NCBI GenBank assembly: GCA_028714015.1
Contig: JAQTNG010000002.1
Coordinates: 1 to 48,790 of the forward strand
Direction of reading: 5' to 3'
Source of the DNA: Elusimicrobiota bacterium
GTDB lineage: Bacteria; Elusimicrobiota; Elusimicrobia; UBA1565; UBA9628
DNA: 48,790 nucleotides
The notes beneath the pieces were generated by a model. It was given only the letters and a program-made list of their open reading frames with translations. It ran no database searches and was not told the DNA's origin. The translations under genes and the position numbers were made by a program. Positions 25,701-33,663 of the stretch are shown piece after piece. Within the stretch, counting starts at the first letter, position 1. Each line of letters opens with the position of its first letter.

Positions 25701-28389
25701 GCTCGCCGTCGGATTTAAGCCCCACGAGATAGGGCCGGGGCGAGACGAGCACCGCCGCCTGGGCCGCCACGCCGCGCCCGCCCTCGGCCTCGAAGCCCTC
25801 GGCCGTCAGCTCGAGACGGTAGGTGCCCTCCGCGAAGCGCTCGAGCGGCAGGTCGAACGCCGCGCCGCCCTCGGCGTCGGTCTTCGCGTCCTCGAGGTTT
25901 TCCGAGAAGCTTTTCTTCCCCGCGGCCGGATCGAAAAACGCGTAGTCCGCGAACGCCTTGAACGAGGGCGCGGCGGGGGAGAGCCGAATGCGGCCGGAAA
26001 TTTTCCGTCCTTCCGCGGGGGTGCCGAACAGATTATGCAGGCTGATCGAGGCCTTGAGCCCCTTCGGCGAGACCCAGCCCTCGCTCCGCTCTTCGGAGAA
26101 GCGCGCCGTGATCCGCAGGCGGTCCGGCAGGAATTCCTCGACGCGCACCGTCGTCGAGCCGAGCAGGGCGCCGCGGCGGCCGTCCTTGACGATGTGGACG
26201 CAGATCTGGAAGGACCCCGTCGGCCCGTTCTCCTGCGTCTGGTAATCCACCGCTTCGAAGCCCGCCGCGGACAACGGCAGCTTGATCTTCTGGACCTCGA
26301 GCCCGCGCGGATCCAGCACGGAAATCTCGAGCGGCACGCCGGTCAGATCCTGGCCCCACACCGTCGGGCGCACGATGATCCCCGCGTGGAACGCCTCGCC
26401 GGGCCGGTACAGCCCGCGGTCGCTGAACAGATAGGCGGACAGCTCCCGTTCCCGGCCCTGCGTCGAGTCGCCGCCGACGTCGAAGCGCGAGACGTCGAGG
26501 CGGCGGTCCCGCCGATCGAACGGCAGAAAGGCCAGGTCCTCGCCCTGGCGCACGATGAACGCCGCCGGCTTGCGCTCGCGCGTAAATCCCGTGAGGTCGG
26601 GGAGGCGCGCGCGTCCGCTCCCGTCGGTGAAGGCGCTCGCGATCGGCAGCCCGTTGACGCCGACGACCTCGACGCGCGCTCCGGCGACGGGCTCTCCGCC
26701 GGCGAGAGACTGCACGAAGACGTCCCGGGTTTGATCGGCGTTCTCCTTGACGAGCACGCCGAGGTCGGTGATCAGGATGAAGCGCGTGTCGGCGGGGCCG
26801 GTCGCGCGCTTGTGCTCCGCGTCCCAGCCCTCGGCGCGCAGGAAAAAGAGCCCGTTGCGCGCGCCGGAGCCTGGAGCCTGCAGATGCGGCGTGAAATCGA
26901 AGGCGAAGAAACGCAGGCGGTCGGGCTCGACGCGGTCGAACCGGCGGATCTCCTCGAAGCGCTCGGTGATGTTGTCCTGGCCGAACGACCAGTTGTGGAA
27001 ATTGGGGTTGGAGAAGTCGCCGTCGGTCTGGCTCGCCAGATTATTGAGCTGGCTCGGGCGCACGCGGCCGACCTCGAGGCGCACCGCGCGCTCCCCCAGC
27101 GAATATAAGGAAATCTTCTTCTCTCCCGACAGGCGGAGCAGCGCGCCCTCGTGGAGAATCTTGATCTCGCGCGGGAATTCCGGAAGAGGGACCACCGCGT
27201 CGAAGTCCTGGGCCGAGACGTAGCCGCCGTAGGCGACGAGCCCCCGGGCGATCTTCACGTACAGCCTCGCTCCCGGCGCGGCCCGGAGCTTGAAGCTGTG
27301 AATGGCGGGATACTCGCGTTCCGCCGTGATCGGCGACAGCGTCACGGCCGTGGAGCGGGCAAGCGTCTCCGGTCCGATTTCAGACGGGTCGCGCCAGCGG
27401 TACTCCTCGATCGCGGGGCGCCCGGGAGCCGGGGGCCGTCCGGCGGGAAGGACCCAAGCCTTGATCCCGGCGGAGAGCTCCCTCTCCCCGACGCCGCCTG
27501 AGGCCGACACGATGAGCACCTGTTCGGGCTCGAGCTTGTCGTTGCGCACGATCTGGGATTGCGCGCCCTGAATGCGGAAGTAGTCGAACATGCTCGGCAC
27601 GCGGACCAAGGCGGTGAGGGCGCTCGGCGTCTGCGGGCCGCCGCGCTCGGGCTTCACGCCTTCGGCGGCGCGCACTTCCATCATCGCCGCTTCGATCGGG
27701 ATGCCGAGCGTCTCGGAGGCGACATAGGCCTCTCCGTGGAATTTATCGTAGGCGACGGTGAATCCGTGCGGGACCCGGTCGCGGTCGAACAGCCCCTGTT
27801 TCTGAGCGGCCATGGTCATCGTCAGGCGCTTCTCGAACGCGCCGGTGTCGACGGGGTGGCTGAAACGGAAGGTCGCGGCGACCTGCTTGAGCGAGGGGTC
27901 CCGCGGGTCCACGTGAAATTCAGAGGAGACGAGCGTCGCGGTGAACGGCGCGGTGCGCACGCGGCCCTCCAGGCTGTCGAGCCGGACGTGCCCCGGGAAA
28001 AAATCCCGCTCGAACCGGACGATGTATTCCCGGCCCGCCGGCCAATCCTCGGAGGGCGTAAAAACCATTTCGCGGTCGCTCGCCCACGACCATGAGCCGC
28101 GCGCGCGCGGTTCGACCGATATTCCGCGTTTGACCGGCTTGCCGATGTCCTCGAGCTTGGCGGCCGAATCGGAGAACGTGATTCGCATCGGCTCGGGGCG
28201 GGCTCCGTCCTTCATCGGCGTCGGCCCCGGCCCGGCCGCGGTCCACGACAGGCGGCGGGGCTTGGGGCGCGCGGACACCCAGGCGTTGACCGCGACGAGG
28301 GCCAGGAGCAAAGCGAGGAGCCCGGAGGCCGACCGGAACGGGCCGCGCGGTCCCTGGAACCAGCGGCGCAGAGCGGCGAGCTTGTCCAT
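22750..28389 (-). CDS. yfhM: Bacterial alpha-2-macroglobulin (YfhM/ECAM family) with a thioester motif
   Basis: The protein is 1879 aa with an N-terminal hydrophobic anchor 'GLLALLLALVAVNAW'. The thioester motif 'GCTEQ' is encoded at 24076-24090 on the minus strand. A GGAGG RBS lies 6 nt before the ATG at 28389. The gene is paired with pbpC. Confidence 0.9.
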   Translation of the reverse strand: MDKLAALRRWFQGPRGPFRSASGLLALLLALVAVNAWVSARPKPRRLSWTAAGPGPTPMKDGARPEPMRITFSDSAAKLEDIGKPVKRGISVEPRARGSWSWASDREMVFTPSEDWPAGREYIVRFERDFFPGHVRLDSLEGRVRTAPFTATLVSSEFHVDPRDPSLKQVAATFRFSHPVDTGAFEKRLTMTMAAQKQGLFDRDRVPHGFTVAYDKFHGEAYVASETLGIPIEAAMMEVRAAEGVKPERGGPQTPSALTALVRVPSMFDYFRIQGAQSQIVRNDKLEPEQVLIVSASGGVGERELSAGIKAWVLPAGRPPAPGRPAIEEYRWRDPSEIGPETLARSTAVTLSPITAEREYPAIHSFKLRAAPGARLYVKIARGLVAYGGYVSAQDFDAVVPLPEFPREIKILHEGALLRLSGEKKISLYSLGERAVRLEVGRVRPSQLNNLASQTDGDFSNPNFHNWSFGQDNITERFEEIRRFDRVEPDRLRFFAFDFTPHLQAPGSGARNGLFFLRAEGWDAEHKRATGPADTRFILITDLGVLVKENADQTRDVFVQSLAGGEPVAGARVEVVGVNGLPIASAFTDGSGRARLPDLTGFTRERKPAAFIVRQGEDLAFLPFDRRDRRLDVSRFDVGGDSTQGRERELSAYLFSDRGLYRPGEAFHAGIIVRPTVWGQDLTGVPLEISVLDPRGLEVQKIKLPLSAAGFEAVDYQTQENGPTGSFQICVHIVKDGRRGALLGSTTVRVEEFLPDRLRITARFSEERSEGWVSPKGLKASISLHNLFGTPAEGRKISGRIRLSPAAPSFKAFADYAFFDPAAGKKSFSENLEDAKTDAEGGAAFDLPLERFAEGTYRLELTAEGFEAEGGRGVAAQAAVLVSPRPYLVGLKSDGELRYVPRGSTRTVTAAAVGPEGRAVAASSVTVQLLEERWVSALVKGPDGLYRYQSVNKELFVSSKTLNLPAGPRPLRLDTSSPGDYALVLRDAAGAELNRLRYTVAGHGNLSRSLEKNAELQLRLEKTDYAPGELVEMQLKAPYAGAGLISIERDKVYAHKWFKSSVSASTQSIRLPESVEGNAYVTVTFLRSPDSREIFMSPLSHGVAPFSVSRSHRTLPVTLEAPEKLKPGQICVLRVKTPRRSRVAVFAADEGILQVAGWKIPDPLAHFLRKRALEVRTYQILDLLLPEYRLSMAVMAPGGDQDGWDAAGRNLNPFKRRRDKPAVFWSGMLETGPEGKTISFLIPDSFNGTLRVTAVAAEPSSIGVAQKKVLVRQAIVLSPNAPLFVAPGDEFEASVALANGVKGSGPNAAARVALKTSGHLEVVGESVKTFPAGENRESVAVFRLRSRPALGAATLTFEASVSSETARREVSLSVRPSMPYQVTIETGHLKSGRKEAPAPRKLYPSFRALETSVSPLPLILAKGLLQYLQKYPYGCTEQVLSQTFPALILRRRPEFGYAPETVEANLARAVDILRSRQNEDGAFGMWAANSHASPFQAVYAAHFLTEAKDKGYTVPHELLERTLGYLNALASDAPGLDAPARVQAYAIYVLTRNGRVTTPLINGLRARLEKSGDKNWRKDLTAAYLASSYSMLHLDGEAGSLMDGVSSGEPRTPDWEWFYDDTIHEAQFLYLLALHFPERLASLDADAVLRVVEPLQRGSYNSLSAAYSILALDAYAAAAGELTPGEARVEEVLEAGGRRALLLPPGLFSKASFSPAAKAISVENLSSRRLFYQTTQSGYDLAVPKEPVRRKLEVFREILDDKNQPVKTAALGRDYTVRLRLRTLDGNSVPNLAVVDLVPGGFEPVWKDRSDGESSGVEYRDIREDRVLFFGSAGGGVLELTYRIKASGRGTFTVPPPFAESMYDRSVSALGSAGVIEVK

Positions 28390-28443
28390 GTCGGCGTCCT
28401 CCGTTCGTGATACTTCGGGAGAACGCCGGAACTTACGCGGTGA

Positions 28444-28911
28444 CTACAGCCCCAGGCTCCGGATCGTTTCGAGGATGCGGTCCGTGTGCGTGCCGTTCCA
28501 GTAGAGGCGGCCGCAGCGGCGGCAGCGCCAAAAAGGCGTCTCGAGCGTCCGAACCTTGGGCGGCACGAGCGGCAGGGCTTCCTCGCGCGTCAGCGTCTCC
28601 AGCGGCTCGTTGCAGTCGGCGCAGCGCGAGAATCGGAGGGCCGGGTCCGGCTTGAGCGAGAGCTCGCCGGCCAGTTGGCGCAGCTGGTCCTCGAATTGGC
28701 CGTGGACGATCACCACCTTGCGCACGCCGGCCACGTCGGGTATGCGCCGGTCGCGCGTGACGAAGATCCGGTCTTCGCGCTGAGCCTCCTCCAGAAGCTC
28801 GAGATCGCCGCGCCCGGCGCCGCCGGCGAACTTGGCGTCGTAGCCGAGCAGGACGAGCCAGCGTGCGAGCTTCCCGAGCATGGCGTCCACCAGGAAAAGG
28901 GGGTGATCCAT
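28444..28911 (-). CDS. Mut7-C/DUF82-type PIN-like nuclease domain with a C-terminal zinc ribbon
   Basis: The N-terminus reads 'LFLVDAMLGKLARWLVLLGYD' and the C-terminus reads 'CADCN..CRRCGRLYWNGTH'. Confidence 0.7.
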   Translation of the reverse strand: MDHPLFLVDAMLGKLARWLVLLGYDAKFAGGAGRGDLELLEEAQREDRIFVTRDRRIPDVAGVRKVVIVHGQFEDQLRQLAGELSLKPDPALRFSRCADCNEPLETLTREEALPLVPPKVRTLETPFWRCRRCGRLYWNGTHTDRILETIRSLGL

Positions 28912-28947
28912 CGGGCGATTGTACTTGAGCGCCGGCCCGGGAAGCTA

Positions 28948-28989
28948 CAAAACTATCCCCGATTTCCCGCCGGCGGGAAATCGGGGATA
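28948..28989 (-). terminator. Probable intrinsic terminator of ssb (perfect 36-nt palindrome plus a U-rich tail)
   Basis: 28954-28989 reads TATCCCCGATTTCCCGCC/GGCGGGAAATCGGGGATA and is perfectly self-complementary. On the minus strand it is followed by GTTTTGT. It lies 31 nt downstream of the ssb stop. Confidence 0.6.
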
Positions 28990-29020
28990 AGTCCGAGAGG
29001 GAGCCGTCGTCCGGTTCTTG

Positions 29021-29467
29021 TTAGAAAGGGACTTCTTCGATCGTGTCGTCGCCGCCGCCCGAGGGCTTCGACGCGGCGCTCGCGGGCCGGCCCATGCCGC
29101 CGCCCGAACCGCCTTCGCGCTTCTCGAGGAACTGGAAGTCGTCGACGATCACGACCATCTTCGACGCCTTCTTTCCGTCTTCCTTGCCGGTCCACTCCTC
29201 GAGGACGAGGTGGCCTTCGACATAGATCTGCTGGCCCTTCTTCAGGGACGACTCGACGAGGTCGGCCATCTTGCGGCCGGTCTCGCGGTTGAACACCTTC
29301 AAATCGATCCAGACGGGCACGTCTTCCCACTCGCCGCTTTGCTTGTTCTTCTTGCGGTTGTTGACGGCGAAACCGATGTTGGCGACCTTGCCGCCGGTGC
29401 TGAAGGTTTTGATTTCCGGGTCGCGGGTGAGACGTCCGATCAGCATGACTTTGTTCAGGTTCGCCAT
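29021..29467 (-). CDS. ssb: Single-stranded DNA-binding protein
   Basis: The OB-fold N-terminus is 'MANLNKVMLIGRLTRDPE'. A Gly-rich linker leads to the acidic tip 'DDTIEEVPF'. A GGAG RBS lies upstream of the ATG at 29467. Confidence 0.9.
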   Translation of the reverse strand: MANLNKVMLIGRLTRDPEIKTFSTGGKVANIGFAVNNRKKNKQSGEWEDVPVWIDLKVFNRETGRKMADLVESSLKKGQQIYVEGHLVLEEWTGKEDGKKASKMVVIVDDFQFLEKREGGSGGGMGRPASAASKPSGGGDDTIEEVPF

Positions 29468-29570
29468 CGTGGGCTCCGTTGCTTCGAGATTAATTCGCCG
29501 TGAATAGAGTAGCAGAGTGAACGCCCTCTTGCTCGCCGCGCCCGGCAATTGGCGTTTTGCGAAGAGTGAA

Positions 29571-29579
29571 TGTTAGAAT
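29571..29579 (+). promoter_or_regulatory. Candidate extended -10 element (TGTTAGAAT)
   Basis: The TGnTAGAAT motif lies 20 nt upstream of the ATG at 29600, in an AT-richer divergent intergenic region. Confidence 0.3.
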
Positions 29580-29599
29580 CCCCGGGTGAAGGCTTTCCT

Positions 29600-31513
29600 A
29601 TGACGCCGCTCATACTCGCGGCTCTCCTCGCCCTCGCCGGGCCGGTCGCGGCGGCGGAGCAGTCGCAGAAAGCCGGCGAAGTCTTTCGATTCTTCGCCGA
29701 GGAAAACCGCACCTCGACCGCGCTGAGGCGGGTTTCGCCCGCGCAGGGCTCGCCGGTCCCGGTGGACGTGATCACCGCCGAGGAAATACGCGCCTCCGGC
29801 GCCGTCAGCCTGTGGGACCTCCTGCGCTTCCGCGTCGGGCTCGACGTGATCGAGGGACGCTCGAACGGCGCCTCCAACCGGGCCGTCGTCTCCGTGCGCG
29901 GCATCCCCCGCGACGCGACCAACGAGCTTCTCGTGCTCCTGGACGGGCGCAGCGTCTACGACCCGCTCGGGGGGGCGACCGTGTGGGAGCGGATTCCGGT
30001 CCAGCTCCAGGACATCGAGCGCGTCGAAATCGTGCGCGGCCCCAACGCCGCGCTGTACGGCTCGAACGCGGGCCTCGGCGTCATCAACATCATCACGCGC
30101 CGCCCCGTCGCGCCGCTCGCGGGCGAGGCGACGCTCAAGGGCGGAACGCAGCGTCTGGGCGAGCTCGCCGCCGCCGGCGAAACGGCCGGCGCGCGCGCCG
30201 GCCTGCGCCTCAGCGCGACGACGCGGACCCAGGGGGGCGCGCCGACCGCGGCGGACCCTTCCGTCGAAGGCCACGACTTCCTTCACGACCACGCCGGAAA
30301 CCTTCGCGGCTGGACGCGCCTCGGAGACAACACGATCGAGCTGCTGGCCGGCATCTCCCGTCAGGATTTCGGCAAGTCCTTCGGGACCTTTCCTCAGAGC
30401 CGCGTCGACTCCCACTTTCAGACCGTCCGCCTCAATCGCCCGACGGGCGCGGACTCGAGCCTCGAATTGAGCGTGTCCCGCGACGAGTCGAGTTCGAACG
30501 ACTTCCCCGACGCGAACGGCCGCGAAACGACCACGCGCTACTGGCAGTACGACGCGGAAGGCCTGCACACGGTGGCGTGGGGCGACGGCCGCCTGCAGAC
30601 GACGTACGGCGCCGCCTGGCGCTACGCGGCCTCCGCCTCGAGCTATCTCTACGGCGCGACGCCGCTGCAGACCAACCGCACCGTGCGCGGCTTCCTCCAT
30701 CAGTCGATCCGCGTGCTGCCCGCCGTGAGCATCATGGGCGGCCTTAATCAGGAGACGGCCAACGCCGGCGGCTACCACAAGGACTTTCAGACCGCCGTTC
30801 TCTGGTCTCCGACGGAAGAGCATTCGCTCCGGCTTTCCTACTCGCGGGCCAACATCAAGCCCCAGATTTACCATCGTTACGCCGATTTCGACGCCAACGC
30901 GTTCGTGCACGTCTCGGGCAACCGGCAGCTGAACCCCTCGCCGCTGACGAGCTACGAGGCCGGCTGGCGGGGCCTGTTCCGCGACCATGCCCTGACGCTG
31001 GAGCTCACCGGCTTCTACACCGAGATCCGGGACCACCTCAACCTGGACCAAACCTCCGGGCCGGCCTTCGTCAACCTGACCTACGACAACACCAACACCG
31101 TGATCCTGCGCGGGCTCGAGGCCTCGCTGCGCTGGCGCGCGGGTCCGGGCCGGTCTGTCTATTCCAACTACACGGAAGAGACCGTCGCCGACCAGGATGC
31201 GCACGCGATTTATCTGAACACGACGCCGCGCCACAAGGTGAACCTCGGATTCGACTGGGCGCTTCCTTTCAATCTGCGGACCTCGATGAACGCCGGCTGG
31301 AAGGACGCGTACATGGCGGACTCGACGTCGGGCGCCGCGCAGGAGGCCGTGCCCGCCTTCTGGCGCCTCGACGCGCGCGTGTCCTGGTCGCCGGCCTCGT
31401 GGCTCGAGGTGTTCGTCGCGGGGCAGAATTTGGAACAGCCCTATCGTCGCGAGTACGTCGACGGCCTGGTCGTCCCGCGGCGCATCCAAGGCGGAACGAC
31501 GGTGAGATTCTGA
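29600..31513 (+). CDS. TonB-dependent outer-membrane receptor
   Basis: The signal peptide is 'MTPLILAALLALAGPVAA'. The plug motifs are 'VDVITAEEIRASG', 'VSVRGIP', 'LVLLDGRSVYD' and 'IERVEIVRGPNAALYGSNAGLGVINIITR'. The C-terminus ends in an aromatic residue ('TVRF'). An alternative ATG lies at 29570. Confidence 0.85.
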   Translation: MTPLILAALLALAGPVAAAEQSQKAGEVFRFFAEENRTSTALRRVSPAQGSPVPVDVITAEEIRASGAVSLWDLLRFRVGLDVIEGRSNGASNRAVVSVRGIPRDATNELLVLLDGRSVYDPLGGATVWERIPVQLQDIERVEIVRGPNAALYGSNAGLGVINIITRRPVAPLAGEATLKGGTQRLGELAAAGETAGARAGLRLSATTRTQGGAPTAADPSVEGHDFLHDHAGNLRGWTRLGDNTIELLAGISRQDFGKSFGTFPQSRVDSHFQTVRLNRPTGADSSLELSVSRDESSSNDFPDANGRETTTRYWQYDAEGLHTVAWGDGRLQTTYGAAWRYAASASSYLYGATPLQTNRTVRGFLHQSIRVLPAVSIMGGLNQETANAGGYHKDFQTAVLWSPTEEHSLRLSYSRANIKPQIYHRYADFDANAFVHVSGNRQLNPSPLTSYEAGWRGLFRDHALTLELTGFYTEIRDHLNLDQTSGPAFVNLTYDNTNTVILRGLEASLRWRAGPGRSVYSNYTEETVADQDAHAIYLNTTPRHKVNLGFDWALPFNLRTSMNAGWKDAYMADSTSGAAQEAVPAFWRLDARVSWSPASWLEVFVAGQNLEQPYRREYVDGLVVPRRIQGGTTVRF

Positions 31514-32319
31514 TGCGCGCCGCGCTGATCGCCCTGCTGTGCCTGGCGCCCGCCGCGGCCCGCGCCGCTTCGGCGCTCGTCGTGGTGAGCGAGCCGATCT
31601 CGCCGTCCTCCCGCGAGGCGCTCGAAGGCCTGCGCGCCGAATGGGCGGAGGGGATCGAGACCGTGTCCGCCGGGCGGCCCTTGCCGTCGGGGCCTCACGG
31701 CGTGATCATCGCGCTCGGCGGCCGCGCCGCGATGAGGGCGCGGCAAGCCGGCGCGCCGATGGTCGTCGCGCTCGCTCCGGCCTATCGCGCCGAGGGCGGC
31801 GGGTCGGTGACGGTCCTCGTCGCGATGACCCCGCCGCCGGAGCGTTTCGTGCGCCTCCTCGCGGCGGCGGGCGTTCATCGACTGCTCGCGGTGCGCGCGG
31901 TTCCCGTGGAGCCGGAGTTCGCCCGGCGCGCGGCCGCGGCCGGAGGGCCGCTCGGCGTCGTGATCGACGATGAAATCCTGCCGGCGGCCGACGGTTTGCC
32001 CGGTCTGCTGCGCGACGTCGGCGCTCGCGCGGACGCGGTCTGGCTCGCTCCCGACCCGGCCTCGGTGACTCCCGAGACGTTCGGCGTCGCGCGGGAGTTC
32101 TCCCGCGCTCGCGCGGTCCCGTTTTTCGCGCCCGCGGCCGGGCTCGTCATGGAGGAGATACGCGGCGAGCTCACCGTTTCCTTCCGGGACTGCGGACGGG
32201 AAGCGGCGCGCGCGGCCCGGGAGCTGCTGGCCGGCCCAGCCGCGGCGAAGGTCGTCTATCCCGCCCCGTCCTTGGAGGGGCGGGTCGTGCTGTCCACCGT
32301 GACCGCCGTGAGCCGCTAG
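31513..32319 (+). CDS. Periplasmic protein resembling the ABC_sub_bind family of substrate-binding proteins
   Basis: The ATG at 31513 overlaps the receptor stop (TGATG). The signal peptide is 'MRAALIALLCLAPAAARA'. The pattern 'GVIIALGGRAA..MVVAL' and 'ADAVWLAPDPASV..AVPFFAPAAGLV' fits that family by eye. Confidence 0.5.
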   Translation: MRAALIALLCLAPAAARAASALVVVSEPISPSSREALEGLRAEWAEGIETVSAGRPLPSGPHGVIIALGGRAAMRARQAGAPMVVALAPAYRAEGGGSVTVLVAMTPPPERFVRLLAAAGVHRLLAVRAVPVEPEFARRAAAAGGPLGVVIDDEILPAADGLPGLLRDVGARADAVWLAPDPASVTPETFGVAREFSRARAVPFFAPAAGLVMEEIRGELTVSFRDCGREAARAARELLAGPAAAKVVYPAPSLEGRVVLSTVTAVSR

Positions 32320-32996
32320 CGCGGCGCGGCGGCGGACGCCGTCCAGGCGACGATGCGTTCGAAGGTCGCGGGGTCCTCGAACATCTGCACGCCGTGGCCT
32401 CCCGGGGCGTAGAGCACGGCCGCGGCCTTGGCCGTCTCGAGCTCCTTCACGCCGACGAACGCGTAGCCGTCGGCCGGAGAGGCGGCGGCGAAGGTCTTGA
32501 GCCCCTTGCGCGTCTTGAGCACGACGCCGCGGTAGTTCCCCGCGGGGGAGAGCAGGAGCAGGAAGGGCGCGGACTTGCGTTCGGCGGCGACGATCGAGGC
32601 GAGATTGGCGCCGATCGAGGCGCCGCCGAAGGCGACGCGCCCGTCGGGCACGCCCTTGGCCTTGAGCCAGGAGGCCGCGGCGCGCAGATCCTCGGCGGCG
32701 GCGGGCCAGGCGCCCCAGGCGTCGAAGCCCGTGAAATCCGTCGAACCCGGGGGCCCGCGGCGGCTTCCGGCGTGGCCGCGCAGGTCGAGGGCGAGCGTGC
32801 CGACGCCCTTGGCCGCCAAGGCCTCGGCGAAGCGCGTCCATTCGACGCCCGCGCTGCCCACGCCGTGCGCGAGGACGACGGTCGCTTTCCCTTTAGAGGC
32901 GGGGCGATAGGCCGCCGCGATCGTCCAGCCGTCCTTCGTCGCGAAGGTCACGGCCTGCACGGCCGCAAGAGCGACGGCGGCCGCCGTTACCGGCAT
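32316..32996 (-). CDS. Alpha/beta-fold hydrolase
   Basis: The motifs 'VVLAHGVGS', a nucleophile-elbow-like 'FGGASIGA' and 'APGGHG' are present. ATG at 32996; I discounted the rest of the 568-aa ORF. Confidence 0.65.
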   Translation of the reverse strand: MPVTAAAVALAAVQAVTFATKDGWTIAAAYRPASKGKATVVLAHGVGSAGVEWTRFAEALAAKGVGTLALDLRGHAGSRRGPPGSTDFTGFDAWGAWPAAAEDLRAAASWLKAKGVPDGRVAFGGASIGANLASIVAAERKSAPFLLLLSPAGNYRGVVLKTRKGLKTFAAASPADGYAFVGVKELETAKAAAVLYAPGGHGVQMFEDPATFERIVAWTASAAAPR

Positions 32997-33634
32997 CGCA
33001 TCGCGAGCTCGTAGCCCGCGTTGTACACCGCGAACACGGAATCCTGCACGCGGACGACGCTGCGCATGAGCTCCTCCGTCTTGTTGCTGAAGTTCTTGTC
33101 GTTGGCCCAATTGTTCTCGACGACCACGCCGCGCACCGCGTTCATGTCGGTATATAAAACATTGAGCGTCAGCTGCAGCTGCTGAACCTGCCCGAGGATC
33201 AGCAGCCCGGTCTGGTACATCTCCGGATCGGGGAGCGCCTGCGAGCTCGCGATGCGCTGGCGGGCGGTCAGGTAGTAGAGGTTCTGGCGCACCTGGTCGC
33301 AGCCCGTCGTCAGCGTCTCGAAGTTGTTGATGATCGTGTCGAGGCTCGGCTGGGGGTCGGGCTGGGCGTACGCGTAGCGCAGGTTGTCGCCCTGGGCCTT
33401 CACGTATTGATGAATCTGCGCCAGGTTCGCCACCTGCTGCGCGACCTGCCCGGCGATGGCCTTCATCACCGGGATCATCATCGGGTCGCTTTGCTGCCGC
33501 GCCATCCTGTCCCGCGCCGTCAGCAGCGCGTCCCAAAAGAACCGTTCCTGCCACAGGGTCGGCGCCTGATTGTCGATCGCCGCCGCCGGAAGCGCGGACG
33601 CAAGGAAGAGGACGGCGAAGATCATTCTGCGCAC
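32987..33634 (-). CDS. Secreted Gln-rich helical protein, unknown function
   Basis: The signal peptide is 'MRRMIFAVLFLASALPAAA' with a GTG start at 33634 (an alternative ATG lies at 33625). I recognise no family. Confidence 0.55.
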   Translation of the reverse strand: MRRMIFAVLFLASALPAAAIDNQAPTLWQERFFWDALLTARDRMARQQSDPMMIPVMKAIAGQVAQQVANLAQIHQYVKAQGDNLRYAYAQPDPQPSLDTIINNFETLTTGCDQVRQNLYYLTARQRIASSQALPDPEMYQTGLLILGQVQQLQLTLNVLYTDMNAVRGVVVENNWANDKNFSNKTEELMRSVVRVQDSVFAVYNAGYELAMRCR

Positions 33635-33663
33635 CGGCCTTAGTATAGCGGAAGAACCCCGAC

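Noticed and set aside
24892-27108. A 738-aa plus-strand ORF lies antisense to the alpha-2-macroglobulin gene. The same pattern occurs at 29573..31489, 34043..35218, 36453..37847, 42564..43664, 44558..46162 and 46263..47567.
   Set aside because: All are antisense shadows of genes with strong family signatures. Their compositions are dominated by Arg, Ala, Gly, Asp and Leu, and none has an independent RBS or promoter.
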